A stretch of 64,000 bases of DNA from Azolla caroliniana (GCA_043228905.1 JBHGNT010000003.1:4340001-4404000); one strand, 5' to 3'. Numbered from the stretch's first letter, positions 25,338 through 39,157 are shown. A program made the numbers and translations. The notes: generated by a model from the sequence alone, not told the origin.

Positions 25338-26604
25338 TGTTATGTACACATAACGTTGGTGAGGGTATGTCACTAATATTTACATTAGTGAAGGGTATGT
25401 TCACTAATGTTAAAAAGGGGCTAATGTGATTGGATAGAAGGAATGATAAGTGCATGCACTATCATGATTTGGACAACCAATGAATGGAAAGCCTTTTAGA
25501 AAGGCACATCTATTCAAGGGTCCTAGGAAAAGGCATAAATATGACGCTTAGCTACCCTCATAAGGACATCACGTCGGAAGGTTGTTGTCTTAGACACCAG
25601 TGGTGCAGGCTAGGCTTTCGTCTCAACGATTGTGTTTATCTCTTCCAAGGTATTAGTCATCCTAATATCCGGCGGTATGGGACATCGGTAGTAGGTTGGC
25701 TACGTCTAGATCATACCTCAAGGGTGGTCAGGTGGAACAGGTTCTTCTATCCAATCTATTTTCCTTCTTTTACTTTACTTTGTTCTATTGATTAGTAATG
25801 TGATTGGATAGAAGGAATGATAAGTGCATGCACTATCATGATTTGGACAACCAATGAATGGAAAGCCTTTTAGAAAGGCACATCTATTCAAGGGTCCTAG
25901 GAAAAGGCATAAATATGACGCTTAGCTACCCTCATAAGGATATCACGTCGGAAGGTTGTTGTCTTAGACACCAGTGGTGCAGGCTAGGCTTTCGTCTCAA
26001 CGATTGTGTTTATCTCTTCCAAGGTATTAGTCATCCTAATATCCGGCGGTATGGGACATCGGTAGTAGGTTGGTTACGTCTAGATCATACCTCAAGGGTG
26101 GTCAGGTGGAACAGGTTCTTCTATCCAATCTATTTTCCTTCTTTTACTTTACTTTGTTCTATTGATTAGTAATAGACTCTATGATAGAAGAACCCGTCCC
26201 CCCCCCCCCCCCCCCCCCCGAGCTATGATCTAGACATAGCCAACCTACCACCGACGTCCCATACCGCCGTATATTGGGATGACTAATACCTTGGAAGAGA
26301 TAAACACGATCGTCAAGACAAAAGCCTAGCCCACACCACCGATGTCTAAGACAACAGGCTTTCGTCATGATGTCCTTATGAGGGTACCTAAGCCTCACTC
26401 ATATTTATACCTTTTCCTAGGCCCCTCGAATAGATGTGTCTTTCGAAAAGGCTCTCGATTCATTGATTGTCCAAATCATGATAGTGCATGCACCTATCAT
26501 TCCTTCTATCCAATCACATTAGCCCCTTTTAACATTAGTGAACATACCCTTCACTAATGTAAATATTAGTGACCTACCCTCACCAACATTATGTGTACAT
26601 AACA
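25338..26604. mobile_element. 1.27-kb foldback element with ~410-bp inverted arms and TGTTA...TAACA ends; the left part contains a 374-bp tandem duplication
   Basis: 25338-25750 is the diverged reverse complement of 26184-26604. Units 25422-25795 and 25796-26169 differ at only two positions that I could see. Confidence 0.8.
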
Positions 26605-28699
26605 CAATCGTTGACTTTGTCATCTAAGATGAGACCAAAATCGGCAACTCTCATCCAACAATGAGTAGCTCATGGGTTTATGTTATTTGCTTGAACCTTT
26701 CTACATGATCCTATGCATTGTTGGCTCCCATAAAATGGGGTAAAAGCTTACTTATCTATCTGTGTCGACTTCTTGTTATTTTTATCATGACTATCGAGGG
26801 CAAAAGTCTCCTTTCCCAACCTGCTAAGGTTAACAACAATGGAATGACGTAGAGAACATTGACTAATTATAGACTATTGTAATATCCTTATGTTTGCTTT
26901 CTGAAAGTTACTTCTTACTTAAGGCATTCTTCTTGAGAACCACCTCAAGGTTGATGTGCAACGATGTACCACCATCTACACGTTTATTAGCAAGAAGGGA
27001 GAGGGTGAGCATATAAACCTTCATTGTCCCACTAATAACCCTAAATCTACTAGCATATATATAAGCTAATTAGTCAAGAAAAACCTAATCCATCACTTTA
27101 TGAATTTGGCATGATTAACAGTACAGCTAAATGCATGGGATACTTTACCATGTTTAGGGACACTCTTGGGTGAATGAAGACACAATATATCACCAACACT
27201 ACTTAAATAAAAGTACAAGTTTAGTGAAACATTAACCCGAGGCTTAAGATTAGAAAAGTGATTTACGGACACATAGAAACACTTAGGCTTGAGATCTAGG
27301 GTTTAGAACGAGGAAGAACCTCTACAAGAAGTTTATAATTTCACCTTTATAGGCTTTTCTTATTTAACATTATTATAACTATGTCCCTTTCACATTTGGG
27401 GTGTATAAAGGTTTGCCATATTACCTTTATGTGTGGCTCATTCTCTCTATTGTCCTACATTACCAAGGGGTCTCTTATGTACCCTTGTAGTATAGGAGGT
27501 GAGATGTTTGGTGGATACTCAGTAATTGTTTTACCATTTAGATGTCGACGAATGGTTTGTTTGTACATTTGTCCTCTTATCATTTACTAGCCTTTCCTTA
27601 CCACAACTCAAAGGAGGAATTTTGTGTTGGTTGCATCTCAGTGTTTTGGTCATTTGAGCGATGTTTTGGTCGTATGAGCGATGTTTTGCTCATAGAGGAC
27701 GGTAATATATCTACGTCTTGTGGCATTACAAATTCAATTTCTTTTATCCACCTTTCTTTAACCTTTCATATGAAACACATGTAATTAAAAAGTAAAGGTT
27801 GCCATATGTACATATAGTTGTTCGTTTCTTTAATTCTTGTTCTCCATCTCTCATTATGGCTCCAAGGAGGTTACTTTTAGTTAGTTGTAATATGATGTCT
27901 TGAACCCATGACCGAGCGTATGTTTCTCAAATAGATGTACCACACATATTTTTTCATTATTCATGACATTGTCATTTGGTGGGTAGAAAGTAAAGATGTT
28001 GACAAAACTCACAAATTTTATATATTTCCTAATACATAATAGGGAATAACAAGAATTGGTTTTTATAACTTGGGTTCAAACCTTCCCTATCAATAACGTG
28101 ACCTAAGTTTACATTAATATTAAAATGGATTCATGCAAATCAATATCTTCTTAATATATGTAGATAAACTTAGAAACTCATTTTTCTCTATTCAATGGCT
28201 GAATGAGTTATGATATGCATAAATACATGATAAAAATATAGTGTAATTCATGTACAAAAGAATCCTAATGTGGTTTTGTGCTATCTTCATTCTAGATGCA
28301 TCACATTTACAATTAAGGATCAAGCCATCTTAGAAAAGGTTTCATTTTGAGGGATGCACTTGGACAAGATAAAGAGAACAAAAGGATTATGCAAAAAAAC
28401 GATGGCTTTGCAACTGTGAAAAGACACGAGGGGAAATGAAGCCAGAAGAAAGAAATAGGTAGAAGTGGTGAAAGATACATGAGCAAGTACATGAATTCAC
28501 ATAGATATGTAGTGTGAGGCAAATGGTCAAAAGGATTGTCTTTGTGTAGTTACTAGGCGTGATCTATTTTTAATCGGCAAAAAGCCACATACCTTCTTCT
28601 TCTTTTGTTGAATTGTTGTCCGTGCTTTCGAAGAATTAATCCAACACCTTAGTGAAGTTTAATATGCTACCAATTGACCAAGATTTGAGCACTAATTAA

Positions 28700-31600
28700 G
28701 AAATGTAATGTTGATTAATGAAGGTATTGTTATGCATTGGGGGGTTCAATTAATCCACATCGACAAAGTAGAATGTTGTGAACTGAGGAAATGTGTCAAT
28801 TAAGTAAAAATTCAAATAAAACGATGTGCTTAACCGCTCTCAATCAAATAGCATCACATGGTTTGATAAATTGAATAAGAAGAAACACTCAACAGTTTTG
28901 GAGAATACAAGAAAGTGTGGCATTTACTTAGAGAATATGAAATGCTTAAGTGTAAAGGAAAAGAGAAGTTGATGTTGAGGGTTTATTAGTACATATGGTA
29001 AGTTGGTTCATTATTTGAGAGGTGGATTGATTTTTCGAAGATTTCAAAGAAAAAGTATAATGAAGGAAATTTGTGATACTACGTGGATGACCATATCAAC
29101 ACCGATCCTCGTTTCATTGTGGATAGGTTTCTTGTAATGTTTTGTTCCTAGTTATCGTATCGAAATAATCCAAGGGCAAGTTTTCGATGCAAATTTATGT
29201 TCATCAGAGGTTGATTTCCCGGAGGAGTGGAACAAGTCCTCAATTGGTCGCCAATTGAAAAAGAGTTTTGGGATGATGGGGTGACATTATAGTTGAAATA
29301 TTTAAGATGCATGGAGACTCGAGAGCTGTTGAGGGCTTGTTTTACCAAATTATTTCACCAAGTTCTAATTATTGGAGATATATGCCCAAGTCTATGATGG
29401 GATGACAATAATAAATGACATCTTTAAGACATGCAAAGAGTTATTGAAGTCTCATTATACTCCGCTATTTCAACAGGTTTTGTTTATTGGAGAAATGGAA
29501 GATGGGGGTTATTAAACTTTTTGCCAAAAGTTCCCTCTTTCTTTCTCATTGCTGACCTATTTCAATCACAAAAGTGTGTATAAAATATTCAAGAAAGTCG
29601 TAGCCAATATGGATTTGTTAAAGCACAAGATAGCTTGTCAAACATCTTGAATTTACAAATAACATCAAACTATGCCAAATAATTTGGTAAGGGGTCTATC
29701 ATGATATAATTGATTTTAGAAAGCATCAATAACCATCGTAGTTGGTCCTTTGTAGTTGGCATTATGATAAACATGTGTTTTTGTTTGAGAATGTCATGCA
29801 TTCTTTTTACTATAGGGTCACAGTCTTCATCATCAAAATTGTGCATTTATTTTGGTCATTGAGGCAAGGATATCCCGTAAGCCCTCTCTTGCTTGCAATA
29901 ATGAATCATCCCACTAAATGAATTTAATGTTGCATTTGGATTGACAACTTGCTACAGAAGCCTTAATGAACAATTTCATTATGTTTCTCTACTTTCATGG
30001 TAGTAGAAGTGTGAAAAATTAGAAAATGGTTTCTCATGGGCTTGGGGATGAAACTTAACATGAATAAACTGGTTATTATGTCATTTGTATAGCAACACTT
30101 GGTAGAACCTAGTTGGCAAGAGGAAGTGTTCTTTAATCTACTTAGTGTGGAAATATCTTATGCTCAACTCATAGTATGGATTATCAAGAAATCTTGGATG
30201 TTCCATATCATATCTTAAATTCTCCTTTGTGTAAAAGTCCTTATATTGTGATAATGAAACCAATATCATCTATCCTGATACCAAAAGGGATAGGCATGAC
30301 ATGACTTAGGTGGATTGGAATCATGCTTGCTCTCCTAAAAAGATGGCTCACCACAACTCTTCTAAACATTACAAAACATACAAGACAGATACGAAGTTTC
30401 TATCATTGCAAATATTTCCTGAGCCACTCGACCATAGTTAGAAATTATGGCTCGTGATTATTGAGAAGGTAGGGCTCTCACATGGTAAAAAAACCCTTTT
30501 TAGTGTCTTGGGTGGCATCAATTAAACATTTAATGGCAACATAATTTATGTTTTTTCTAGTTGCCATAGTTCATCATGCACAAATCTTTTGGCGACATTA
30601 CAACTTCTCCAATGGAATGCAAAGCAATTTCTTAAAGAAACTAGTTTAACCAAGTCATAGGATTAGGCTTGATTTCACTACATGAAGCAATTCTTTTGTC
30701 ACAAAAAGAAAGATGTTGGCAAAAAAAAAAACCCAGAAAATATCCTTTCATTAGTTATAAACAGTTATTACAAGAATGTTGACCAACCGTCAAGCTACCA
30801 TTGGTATGTTGCACTCTTTCTTGGGTCCCCATCCCTAAAGGACAAATAGTATCAACACTCCACCACTCCATAACCTAGTTATGTGATTGGTGGTGTAATC
30901 CTGCGTTGAGCTACAACAATGTGTCGTCCAATCTTAATCGAGTATGTACTGAAAAAAACCACACATTTTTTCCGCATGGTCAAATGGATCTTTCCACAAG
31001 AATTCCCCCGGATCCCATTGCAACCTTATCAAGGGTTTCTTTTCAAAAACTCTCAATTTCCAATGCTCCTTGACTACATCAATTTGGAAGTCAATGATCC
31101 ACTTAGATCCGTCATAATCAAGGACCAAGATGTTGGCATTTCGTAGGCGCCAAAACATTATGAGCTCATATAGGAGACGACTAGAGATGATGGAATATTT
31201 AGGAAGCCCTTGACACAATGTGTGGAACTTGTATCAACCTTGGTTGTATAATGTATTAGCTCTTCAGGGATGAAATGCCATTGCATCATATTCATAGTAA
31301 TGATGCTTGTTGTAGGGTAACAATTGAGAATCCTCCACTACATGATAACGTATTCGAAAGGATGAAGAATGAGGATGCCAACGATATGTCAAGTGAGAGG
31401 TTCTCAATGGAGGATGGCACTTCAAGCTATCATGAGCAGCCTACCAACGACGGTAACGATAAACTAAAGAGTTGCGACATGTGCTTCTTCTACAATATAT
31501 GATCATTTGGAGAGCGTATTCACACACTTCTTCATTGTCCAATGGCAAAAACACATACGGTTGTACACTTGTAAGTATGTACTATGTATATGTGTGTGTG

Positions 31601-31760
31601 TGTACATATGTACATATGTATGTAGTGTGTGTATGATAAACTAAAGAGTTGCGACATGTGCTTCTTCCACAAGATATGATCATTTGGAGAGCGTATTCAC
31701 GCACTTCTTCATTGTCCAATGGCGAAAATGCAGACGGTTGTTACACGGGCAAGTATGTAT
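28700..31760 (+). mobile_element. Degenerate LINE (L1/Tx1-like) ORF2 relic
   Basis: Ordered motif remnants: IGGFN (~28737, endonuclease), GVIKL.LPKV (~29505), IDFRK..RSWSF (~29710), SLRQGYPVSPLL (29856-29891, RT), VDWNHACSPKK (~30310), and a zf-RVT-like CDMC...H..CPMAK (31470-31545, duplicated with 177-bp period) followed by a TG/TATG tail. Many stops and frameshifts. Confidence 0.7.
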
Positions 31761-32334
31761 ATGTGTGTGTGTGTGTGTATGTGTGTATGTATGTACATAC
31801 ATATGTGTATATGTATGTAATGTATGTATGTATGTATGTATGTGTGTGTGTGTGTGTGTGTATTGAATGTATGTATGTATGTATGTGATGTATGTATGAT
31901 GTATATAGTATGTATGCATGTATCTATGTGTGTGTACAGTACAGTGTGTATGTATCTATAGTTAGAGGAGACATGGAGCCTAACTAAGCTTAGCCTGCTA
32001 AGACTAAGAAGGGCTCTGCATCTACTTATAAGTTATATATATATAGCAGTAGAGATAGAAGAGTGCAGAGGATGTTTAGAGGCAATCCAGTGCCTGTGTG
32101 AATCACTTCTTCTGCTCGAAGCAGAAGGGCAAGATCAGGAAAGGAACAGATCAAGAGCTAAAGAAGAAGCAGAAGAAGAAGAAGAAGAAGAAGAAGGAAG
32201 AAGAAGCAGCAGCAGAGGAGGAGGAGAAGAAGAGCTGAAGAAGGATCAGAGCTAAAGAAGAAGGAGAAGCAGAAGCAGAGGAGTAGAAGAAGAATTAGAT
32301 ATAGAGAAGAATCAAACAAGCAGAGGAGGTAATC

Positions 32335-34941
32335 ATGGTTGTGGGCATCATCAGAGACGTACTTGCTGCCATTCCCGTCTACACGGGCCTGTCGCCTGTC
32401 GCCTTCTTCACCATCGCTGCCCTCCTCATCACGCTCTTCTATGTGGTCGCAGGTTTCTTCGCTCCTCCCCCCACCCCTGCACCTGTCGCCCGTTACGAGC
32501 CGCCTCCACCGCCTGTACAGCTGGGCGATGTCAGTGAGGCTGAGCTCCTTGCATACGATGGCTCTGATCCCTCCAAACCCCTCCTCATGGCCATCAAAGG
32601 ACAGATCTACGACGTGTCTCAATCCAGGTCCCATTCTCTCTCTCTCTCTCTCTGTCACTCTCCTTCTCTGTATATCTTTCTTGTTTGCTCTTATTTGCCA
32701 TTTTTCCCTCTTAAAAGATGTCAATTTATCTTTCTTTCTTTCCATCTCTTCTCTGTGCTTATGTTCCTCTCCATCCTCTCTGTTTTTCTTGTATGCTTGA
32801 TTCTGCTTCTTTTTTCTGATCTTTCTTCCTCTCCTCTCTCTCTCTCTCTCACGGTCTTGTGTCAGTAGGTGCTGCCTGGAAATTGGGATTTGTTCCTGCA
32901 ACTTGCCCTGATTTTTAAGAAATTAAGATTTCACTGCGTAGACATGTATCCTTTAGGGATATTTATTTCCGCCAGTACTGTTTATGCTCAAAAGTTTAGG
33001 GTTTTGTTGTTTGTTCTCAGTTCTGATTCGTAAAAGTCATGAAATATCTCGGATTTTGCCCCTGTAAGAACGGAAACCTAAGTAAGGGTTCTATTCATGA
33101 ATTATTCCTCATGACATCTCAGAGTACATGCTTACTGTGTGTCACAATACTTGTTTTAACTCCTCATTGTTATTTTATTTCTTTCTGTCTCTTTAGTTTT
33201 TTTGAATTGTTTAATGTCAATATAGGGATGGGTTCTTCTAGAATCTTATTCCAAACACTATTTTGCAAATCAGGGTTTTCTTGAGATTAATACTGATTTG
33301 CAAAGTAGGGTTTCTGTTCTGTCAGCGTACCATGTTGAAAATTAGGGTTTTATGCATGGAGTACTCATGTGATATGAGGGTTATATTCCTGTTTTAAGCC
33401 AACTGATTTGCGAGTATGTATAGGGTTTTATTCTTATAAAGTACTATTTGTGAATCAGAGTTTCACTCCTTTTTAGGATTTCGTTTCTGTATGATTACTA
33501 GTGTTTCTCAATCCAGGTTTGTCTGTTATTGCCTCCGACAATCCGCTTTCTGACATGCTGTTTCTGATTTAATGTCCCTTCACTATATATTCTCATGCCG
33601 ATGCCCTAGCTTACATCCAGATGAACCCTGATTCTGGAATGAGTGAGATGTGCACCTTACTCTCACACATTAAAAACAGTTACTGGGGTTTGGGAGGGAA
33701 ATAGAGCAGTGAAAGAGAGAACGTGATCTATGTCGCATCAAAGTACCAGAAATAGAATAAAGAGTCACTTTGGAAATGCCCTGTATATGAGAGCGCGAGG
33801 CATGATTTCCAAGGGTTCTGGCAAGTGTCGAGTAACTTTCAACAACTCCTAATACAACTGTTCATTGCTGACGGGCTCTAGGGATGCTCTTTGCTTGCCT
33901 ACGTGAGCACAGATCCAAATTCTTGAAGATCTAACTATGAGTTTAAGGAACATGTATACATCAATTTCTAGGGGGTTTCAGGGATATTGTAAGACTGGTG
34001 TGTTAGGTTTGCAGTCGGTAGGCCTTTCTTTCTAAGTTATATTACTGTAAGTATTTGTAAGGATGTGTTTTTTAGAAGACTAAAATTTTAGGGTTTCACT
34101 GCGTGAGTATGCATGAATTTCTAGGGTCTTATCTATAGCTGTGTAGATGTCCATTTTGAGGATTTTATTCACAGCACATAGTAACAAGGATGTGATATAT
34201 CAATCGATTAATCTCTCATATACTAAATGTATATAAGTTTCCAGTTGTAAGGATGTGTTTTTTAGAAGACTAAAATTTTAGGGTTTCACTGCGTGAGTAT
34301 GCATGAATTTCTAGGGTCTTATCTATAGCTGTGTAGATGTCCATTTTGAGGATTTTATTCACAGCACATAGTAACAAGGATGTGATATATCAATCGATTA
34401 ATCTCTCATATACTAAATGTATATAAGTTTCCAGTCTTCATCAAGGGTATTTTCTCTCATATGCTTCAAAACTTTAATGTTGGACAGGGCGTTCTATGGA
34501 CCTGGTGGACCATATGCACTATTTGCAGGCCGAGATGCGAGTAGAGCTCTGGCCAAGATGTCGTTTGAAGAAGTTGATTTGACGGGGAACATCGAAGGTC
34601 TGAACGCAATGGAGCTGGACACTCTTCAAGATTGGGAATGGAAGTTTATGACAAAATATGTGAAGGTGGGACAGATACCGAGCGACAAGAACAAGTCAAG
34701 TGAGGCAGTTTCGACTCAGGAGGGTGGAAACACAAAGGATGAGGAAGGTGTTGAAAGCAAGTCAAGGGAAGTACAATCTGTTCAAGAGGGTGAGAATGAT
34801 CAAGATGGTGGACATGTGGAAAGCGTGAAAGATGAACAAACACAAGCCAGCCCGGACATAAAGTCTCAGGAGGAGGTACCTGCGGTCGATGCCTCGGCTT
34901 CTTCAAATGGAGATGTGAAGGTCAAGGAAGAAGAAGGATAG
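32335..34941 (+). CDS. MSBP: Membrane steroid-binding protein (MAPR, cytochrome b5-like heme/steroid-binding domain)
   Basis: Exons 32335-32627 and 34488-34941. YTGLSPVAFFTI TM anchor, PPPVQLGDVSEAELLAYDGSDPSKPLLMAIKGQIYDVSQSR-AFYGPGGPYALFAGRDASRALAKMSFEE...LQDWEWKFMTKYVKVG, acidic tail. GAA-rich 5' leader. Confidence 0.93.
34055..34435. repeat. Apparently perfect two-copy tandem duplication, 190-bp period, in the MSBP intron
   Basis: TTGTAAGGATGTGTTTTTTAGAAGAC...AAGTTTCCAG occurs at 34055 and 34245. Confidence 0.9.
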
Positions 34942-35790
34942 GGTCTTTTTTAACAAGTAGTAAGCTAGTTTCCTCCTGTAGCTAAGCATATGGCATCTAT
35001 ATACAAAAAACACTATTTATATCCCATGTTTTCCCATGTTTTTAAAGCTGTTGTAACACACTCCAGAGCTTGATATCACAAAAACTCTATAACAACTCTT
35101 ATGTCCAAGCAAAACAATTTTCACTTAGAAAATAACTCTCTTTGTCCTAAGATTATTGTTCCATCTTTTATTCTTGTTCCTCCGCATGATGTTTTTGCTT
35201 TCGTTGTCTTAAATCTGGTATATGGGAGATTGTATGATATTGGATATTATGTGCTCAAAAGTTCTGCGGTAGAGAAAAAAGCAAGTATTTGCTAGAAAAG
35301 TTTTGATGCAATGAGATGGATTCTTTGGTTGTTATTGCTTAACATTGTTTCACTAACTTCAGGATGCTGATTTATTGTTTGAGTAAGCTAAATTAGTAGC
35401 ATGTGTCAGTTCACACCATGCCATCTGTTATTAATTATGTTTGTGTACATTGATGCTCTTGTTTGGTATATTTCATTTGGCCTTTATTATTTCATCGTGT
35501 TTGGTAGTATATATTTATAGCTCAAATAAAATTGTTTAAAAATTTTCCTTGTCTGCTGGTTATTTTAGGACTAGTAATGAGGATTTAGGTCAGATCTTCA
35601 TGTGGATGTCTGTCAGGTTGATGTTTTTGTTATCTTATCTCTGCCGATGTACCTGAAAGACTAGTTGATACCAATCAGTGATCATTCTGTCTAGTGACAT
35701 TAGTATGTTTCAGGTAATATGTTGACAATTTAGGACTATCAATCTCTCTATATTCAAGCTCCCGTCATGCCCTTCCTCCATTTTCTATCT

Positions 35791-35909
35791 GCAATCGTTG
35801 ATTGATTCAGCCATTCCTGTCCTCAGTGATTGACAATTGTGACAGCTGGTTATCGCTCAGTTATTGGCTATTGGCCGCTTCTCTGGCCGCTTCTCAGCGC
35901 AGCGATTGC
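35791..35909. mobile_element. Possible 119-bp MITE-like insertion with 10-bp TIR and 6-bp flanking direct repeat
   Basis: CTATCT | GCAATCGTTG ... CAGCGATTGC | CTATCT. Confidence 0.3.
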
Positions 35910-36673
35910 CTATCTACTGTTGGCCCTATTATTACTCAGTGATCAGCATGTTCTTTTAATTCCTTTAATTTTTTAAGAATTTTCTGTTGCTGTGAGAGAT
36001 ATAGCTGAGGTAGGTTCATCATCCATTTCATTATTCACTGGTTTCTTAAACTGATTTTTGAACTTATTGTTTATTTTCTGTAAAAGGTTAATTGTTCTAT
36101 AAATAAAATGTGATAGCTGTTCCTGATCCTTGGGCACTATTGAACAGTTCTACTAAAACAGCTATGTTTGTGAGTTTTAAGGATTTGGGTAAGATCTTCT
36201 TGTGGATATGTCTGCCAGGTTAATGTTTTTGTTATTGGATCTTACTATCTTAGTGTGGATGTCTGCCAGATTGATTTTGCTTTTGTTATCTTATCTCTGC
36301 CCATCTACCTCAAAGATTAGTTGATACCAATCAGTGATCATTCTCTCTAGATTAGGATCTAAGTGCCATCAGTATGGTTGAGGTAATATGTTGGTGATTT
36401 TCAGACGGTGATGAGACTGGATAATATGTTGATTGTTAAAAGAAACATATAAGGATGTGGACACAAGATGAACAGATGATCAAAGATATTCTTCTAATAT
36501 AAGAGACCAAGACAAAAACAAAATTTCATTCTTTCAATTATACAAAAGAGACCAAGACCAAAACAAATTGTCATTCTTTCAATTATACAATGCGATTACA
36601 TCACGAAAGTGTTGCAAATGTTTATGTATATATATAATGATTTTGTAGCAAAAGGAAAGCACAATTCCTCACT

Positions 36674-38295
36674 TTACGTGCGACATACAAAACTCGCTTT
36701 CATTCTTTGAACCACACCTCTATGTTCCATCGTAGGAAGCTCGCCCACGGCAATCATATATTGAACACGGTCCATTATTTCAGCTAACTCTTTCTTCTTG
36801 GTTTCTTCAATTTCAGCTTTCATCTAAACAAAAAATGCCCGATCAAATTTCCAATTGTGGTTTAGACATGCAAAATTTCGTGAATGTTTGTTTGGAAAGA
36901 GCAGGAAATGATGAGATCTAGTTTATCTCTTACAAGCTTGACAAGAATACTGGAGGTTTTTCTTGCTGGGGCTTACCCTTTCAGCTCGTGTATATGCATT
37001 GGCTATGGCTTTCTCTGTCTCCTCTTGAGCTTTGGAATTGATCCGATTTGCTTCCTCTCGGGCTTTAGCAAGTATCTTTTCCGCCTTCACCTAAACATGA
37101 TCATATTCATTGTCACAACAGTTCCATATGAATTCTTGAATTTTTTTCTTTCCTTTTCTTCACACTTAGATTTGACATAAACCAACTGTATAGCAAAATC
37201 TGTGTGGGCTTCATACAATGAATGCATTAGGATATCGTGATCTAGTGACGAGATAAAAAAAATTCATTCAAAAAAATTCATCACAATCGTAACGATCTAG
37301 TGATGTGAAGTGAAGCGATGAGATGATGTGTGAGAGTGGGGACCTAGAATGATGAAATACAAAAAGTGAACAAATGTGCAAAAGAAAAAGAAAGATAAAG
37401 AGTGAACAAAAATGCGCAAACAAATCATACAGTTGCATTGCGGATGACATTCTCAGCTCGTTGTTCTTCGTGTTGTTTTGCTTCTAATGCTCGGGCCTCG
37501 TCATGGAGTCTTTGCCTTTCAGCCTTGGCCTGAAATCATGAACAAATAAATTTATCAAGCATCATAGAGAGATGGAAAATACCGACACATACACACATAC
37601 ATATATACATATAGATGTCATACATATATAAGATACATACATCCATACATCCATACCTACATTCCTACATAAATATAGATACTATACATATATAAGATAC
37701 ATACATACGATATGTATGTAGATACATATTATTCATATGTATACAAATACAAGCATGCATGTATGGATGCATGCATACATCCATACATGCATGCATGCAT
37801 ACATGATTACATCCATACATGCATGCATACATGATTACATCCATACATGCATGCATACATGATTACATCCATACATGCATGCATGCATGCATACATACAA
37901 ATACATACAGTACATACATAAGACAGAAAACTCGGGTATTTTCTTGAGAGATTATATGTATACTTGTGAAAACTTACAAGGTTCTTCTGTACACTGGCTT
38001 CCACTTTTCGGCATGCAGCTTCTCTGTAAGCATGGGCTTCAGCTTCGACGCGGAATCGGTGAGCCTCGGCGAATGCGGCTGCTTTTTCATTGAGGGTTTC
38101 TGAATGACCCATACAATTACCACCACCATTAGCATTGGCATTACCATTGGTACCATCATTAGTAAGGCTATTACTGACACCATGGTTGGTGGTAGGAGCA
38201 GTATCCGTGGTAGTAGTAGTAGTAGTAAGGACCATAGCTAGGGATGATCCATGACCATTCGGCGGTGCCATGACACTTGCAGCAGAGGACATCAT
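36674..38295 (-). CDS. 226-aa coiled-coil protein, remorin-like C-terminus (gene model well supported, family call tentative)
   Basis: Exons 38295-37978, 37529-37431, 37090-36977, 36823-36674, joined by phase-0 GT-AG introns with an open frame. Disordered T/N/G-rich N-terminus, long A/E/K/R helix, ending ELAEIMDRVQYMIAVGELP...SFVCRT*, which resembles the remorin C-terminal (..MRAVGRxP..C) anchor. Confidence 0.6.
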
Positions 38296-38664
38296 CTCCT
38301 TCCCTCTCTCTCTCTCTCTCTGTGATTCTTTCTAATTCTTTCTTTTCGATTGTATGTGAGTGTAAGAACGCTAGGCTATTGCTCCATGACTGAATCCTCG
38401 TCTGTTTTCTTCTTCTTCTTTTTCTTTCAAGAAATTGCTCTTATTTCTTCTGCTGCTGCTTCTTCTTTCAAGAGATGGATGTATTGCTCTGTTTCTTGTT
38501 CTTTCAAGAGAGAAACAAACAAACAAACAAATAAATTTCTTTACTTATTTCAGGTAAATTAATTACTATATACATATTTTTTCTTCTATTTTTACTTCTT
38601 CTTATTAGAGATTTAATATACGTATACATATACATATACATAGATACACACACACACACACATA

Positions 38665-39157
38665 ACAATCGGCAACGGTTCGGTTCGGTTTGAGAGGGTC
38701 CAAACCGAACCATTAAAAAATGTTGAAACCTGAACCGAACCGAACCGAACCGCGAAACCTTTAAACCGAACCGTTAAACTTTTCAAACCGTTAAACCATT
38801 AAACCGTAAAAACTGTAGTTTCGTGGTTTGGTTTCGGTTCTCAACATAGGTCAAATTTATTTTATTTTATTTTTAAATTTATAATATTTCATTATTTAGA
38901 ATTTTTAAAATTTTTAAGATGTTCCTAAAATGTGAGAATAAGAGTAAAAATGAAAAGATTGTTTAAAAATAATTTTTCAAATTTTTTAAATTTTTTTAAA
39001 AAAAATTAAAAACCGTTTAAACCGCGGTTTTTGACTGTTGAAACCGAACCGAACCGTTTAAAAAAGCCTAAACCTGAACCGAACCGTTGAAACCGTTAAG
39101 CCGTTAACCCGCGGTTTCGCGGTTCGGTTCGGTTCAAACCGAACCGTTGCCGATTGT
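38665..39157. mobile_element. 493-bp MITE with AACCG subterminal repeats inserted in a (CA)n tract
   Basis: TIR ACAATCGGCAACGGTTCGGTT...AACCGAACCGTTGCCGATTGT flanked by TA on both sides. Many AACCG/CGGTT motifs and an AT-rich core. Confidence 0.85.

Noticed and set aside
25484-26398. Three similar ORFs (103, 103 and 79 aa)
   Set aside because: They simply mirror the tandem and inverted repeat structure; no protein motif.
13843-34435. Nucleosome/Okazaki-size clustering of duplication periods (172, 177, 190, 374)
   Set aside because: The other periods spread from about 45 to 212 bp, and the sample is too small to support clustering.
6472-34941. Functional cluster of ER-membrane genes (KCR, SelK, MSBP)
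   Set aside because: No shared pathway or shared promoter motif is visible; ER proteins are common enough for chance adjacency.
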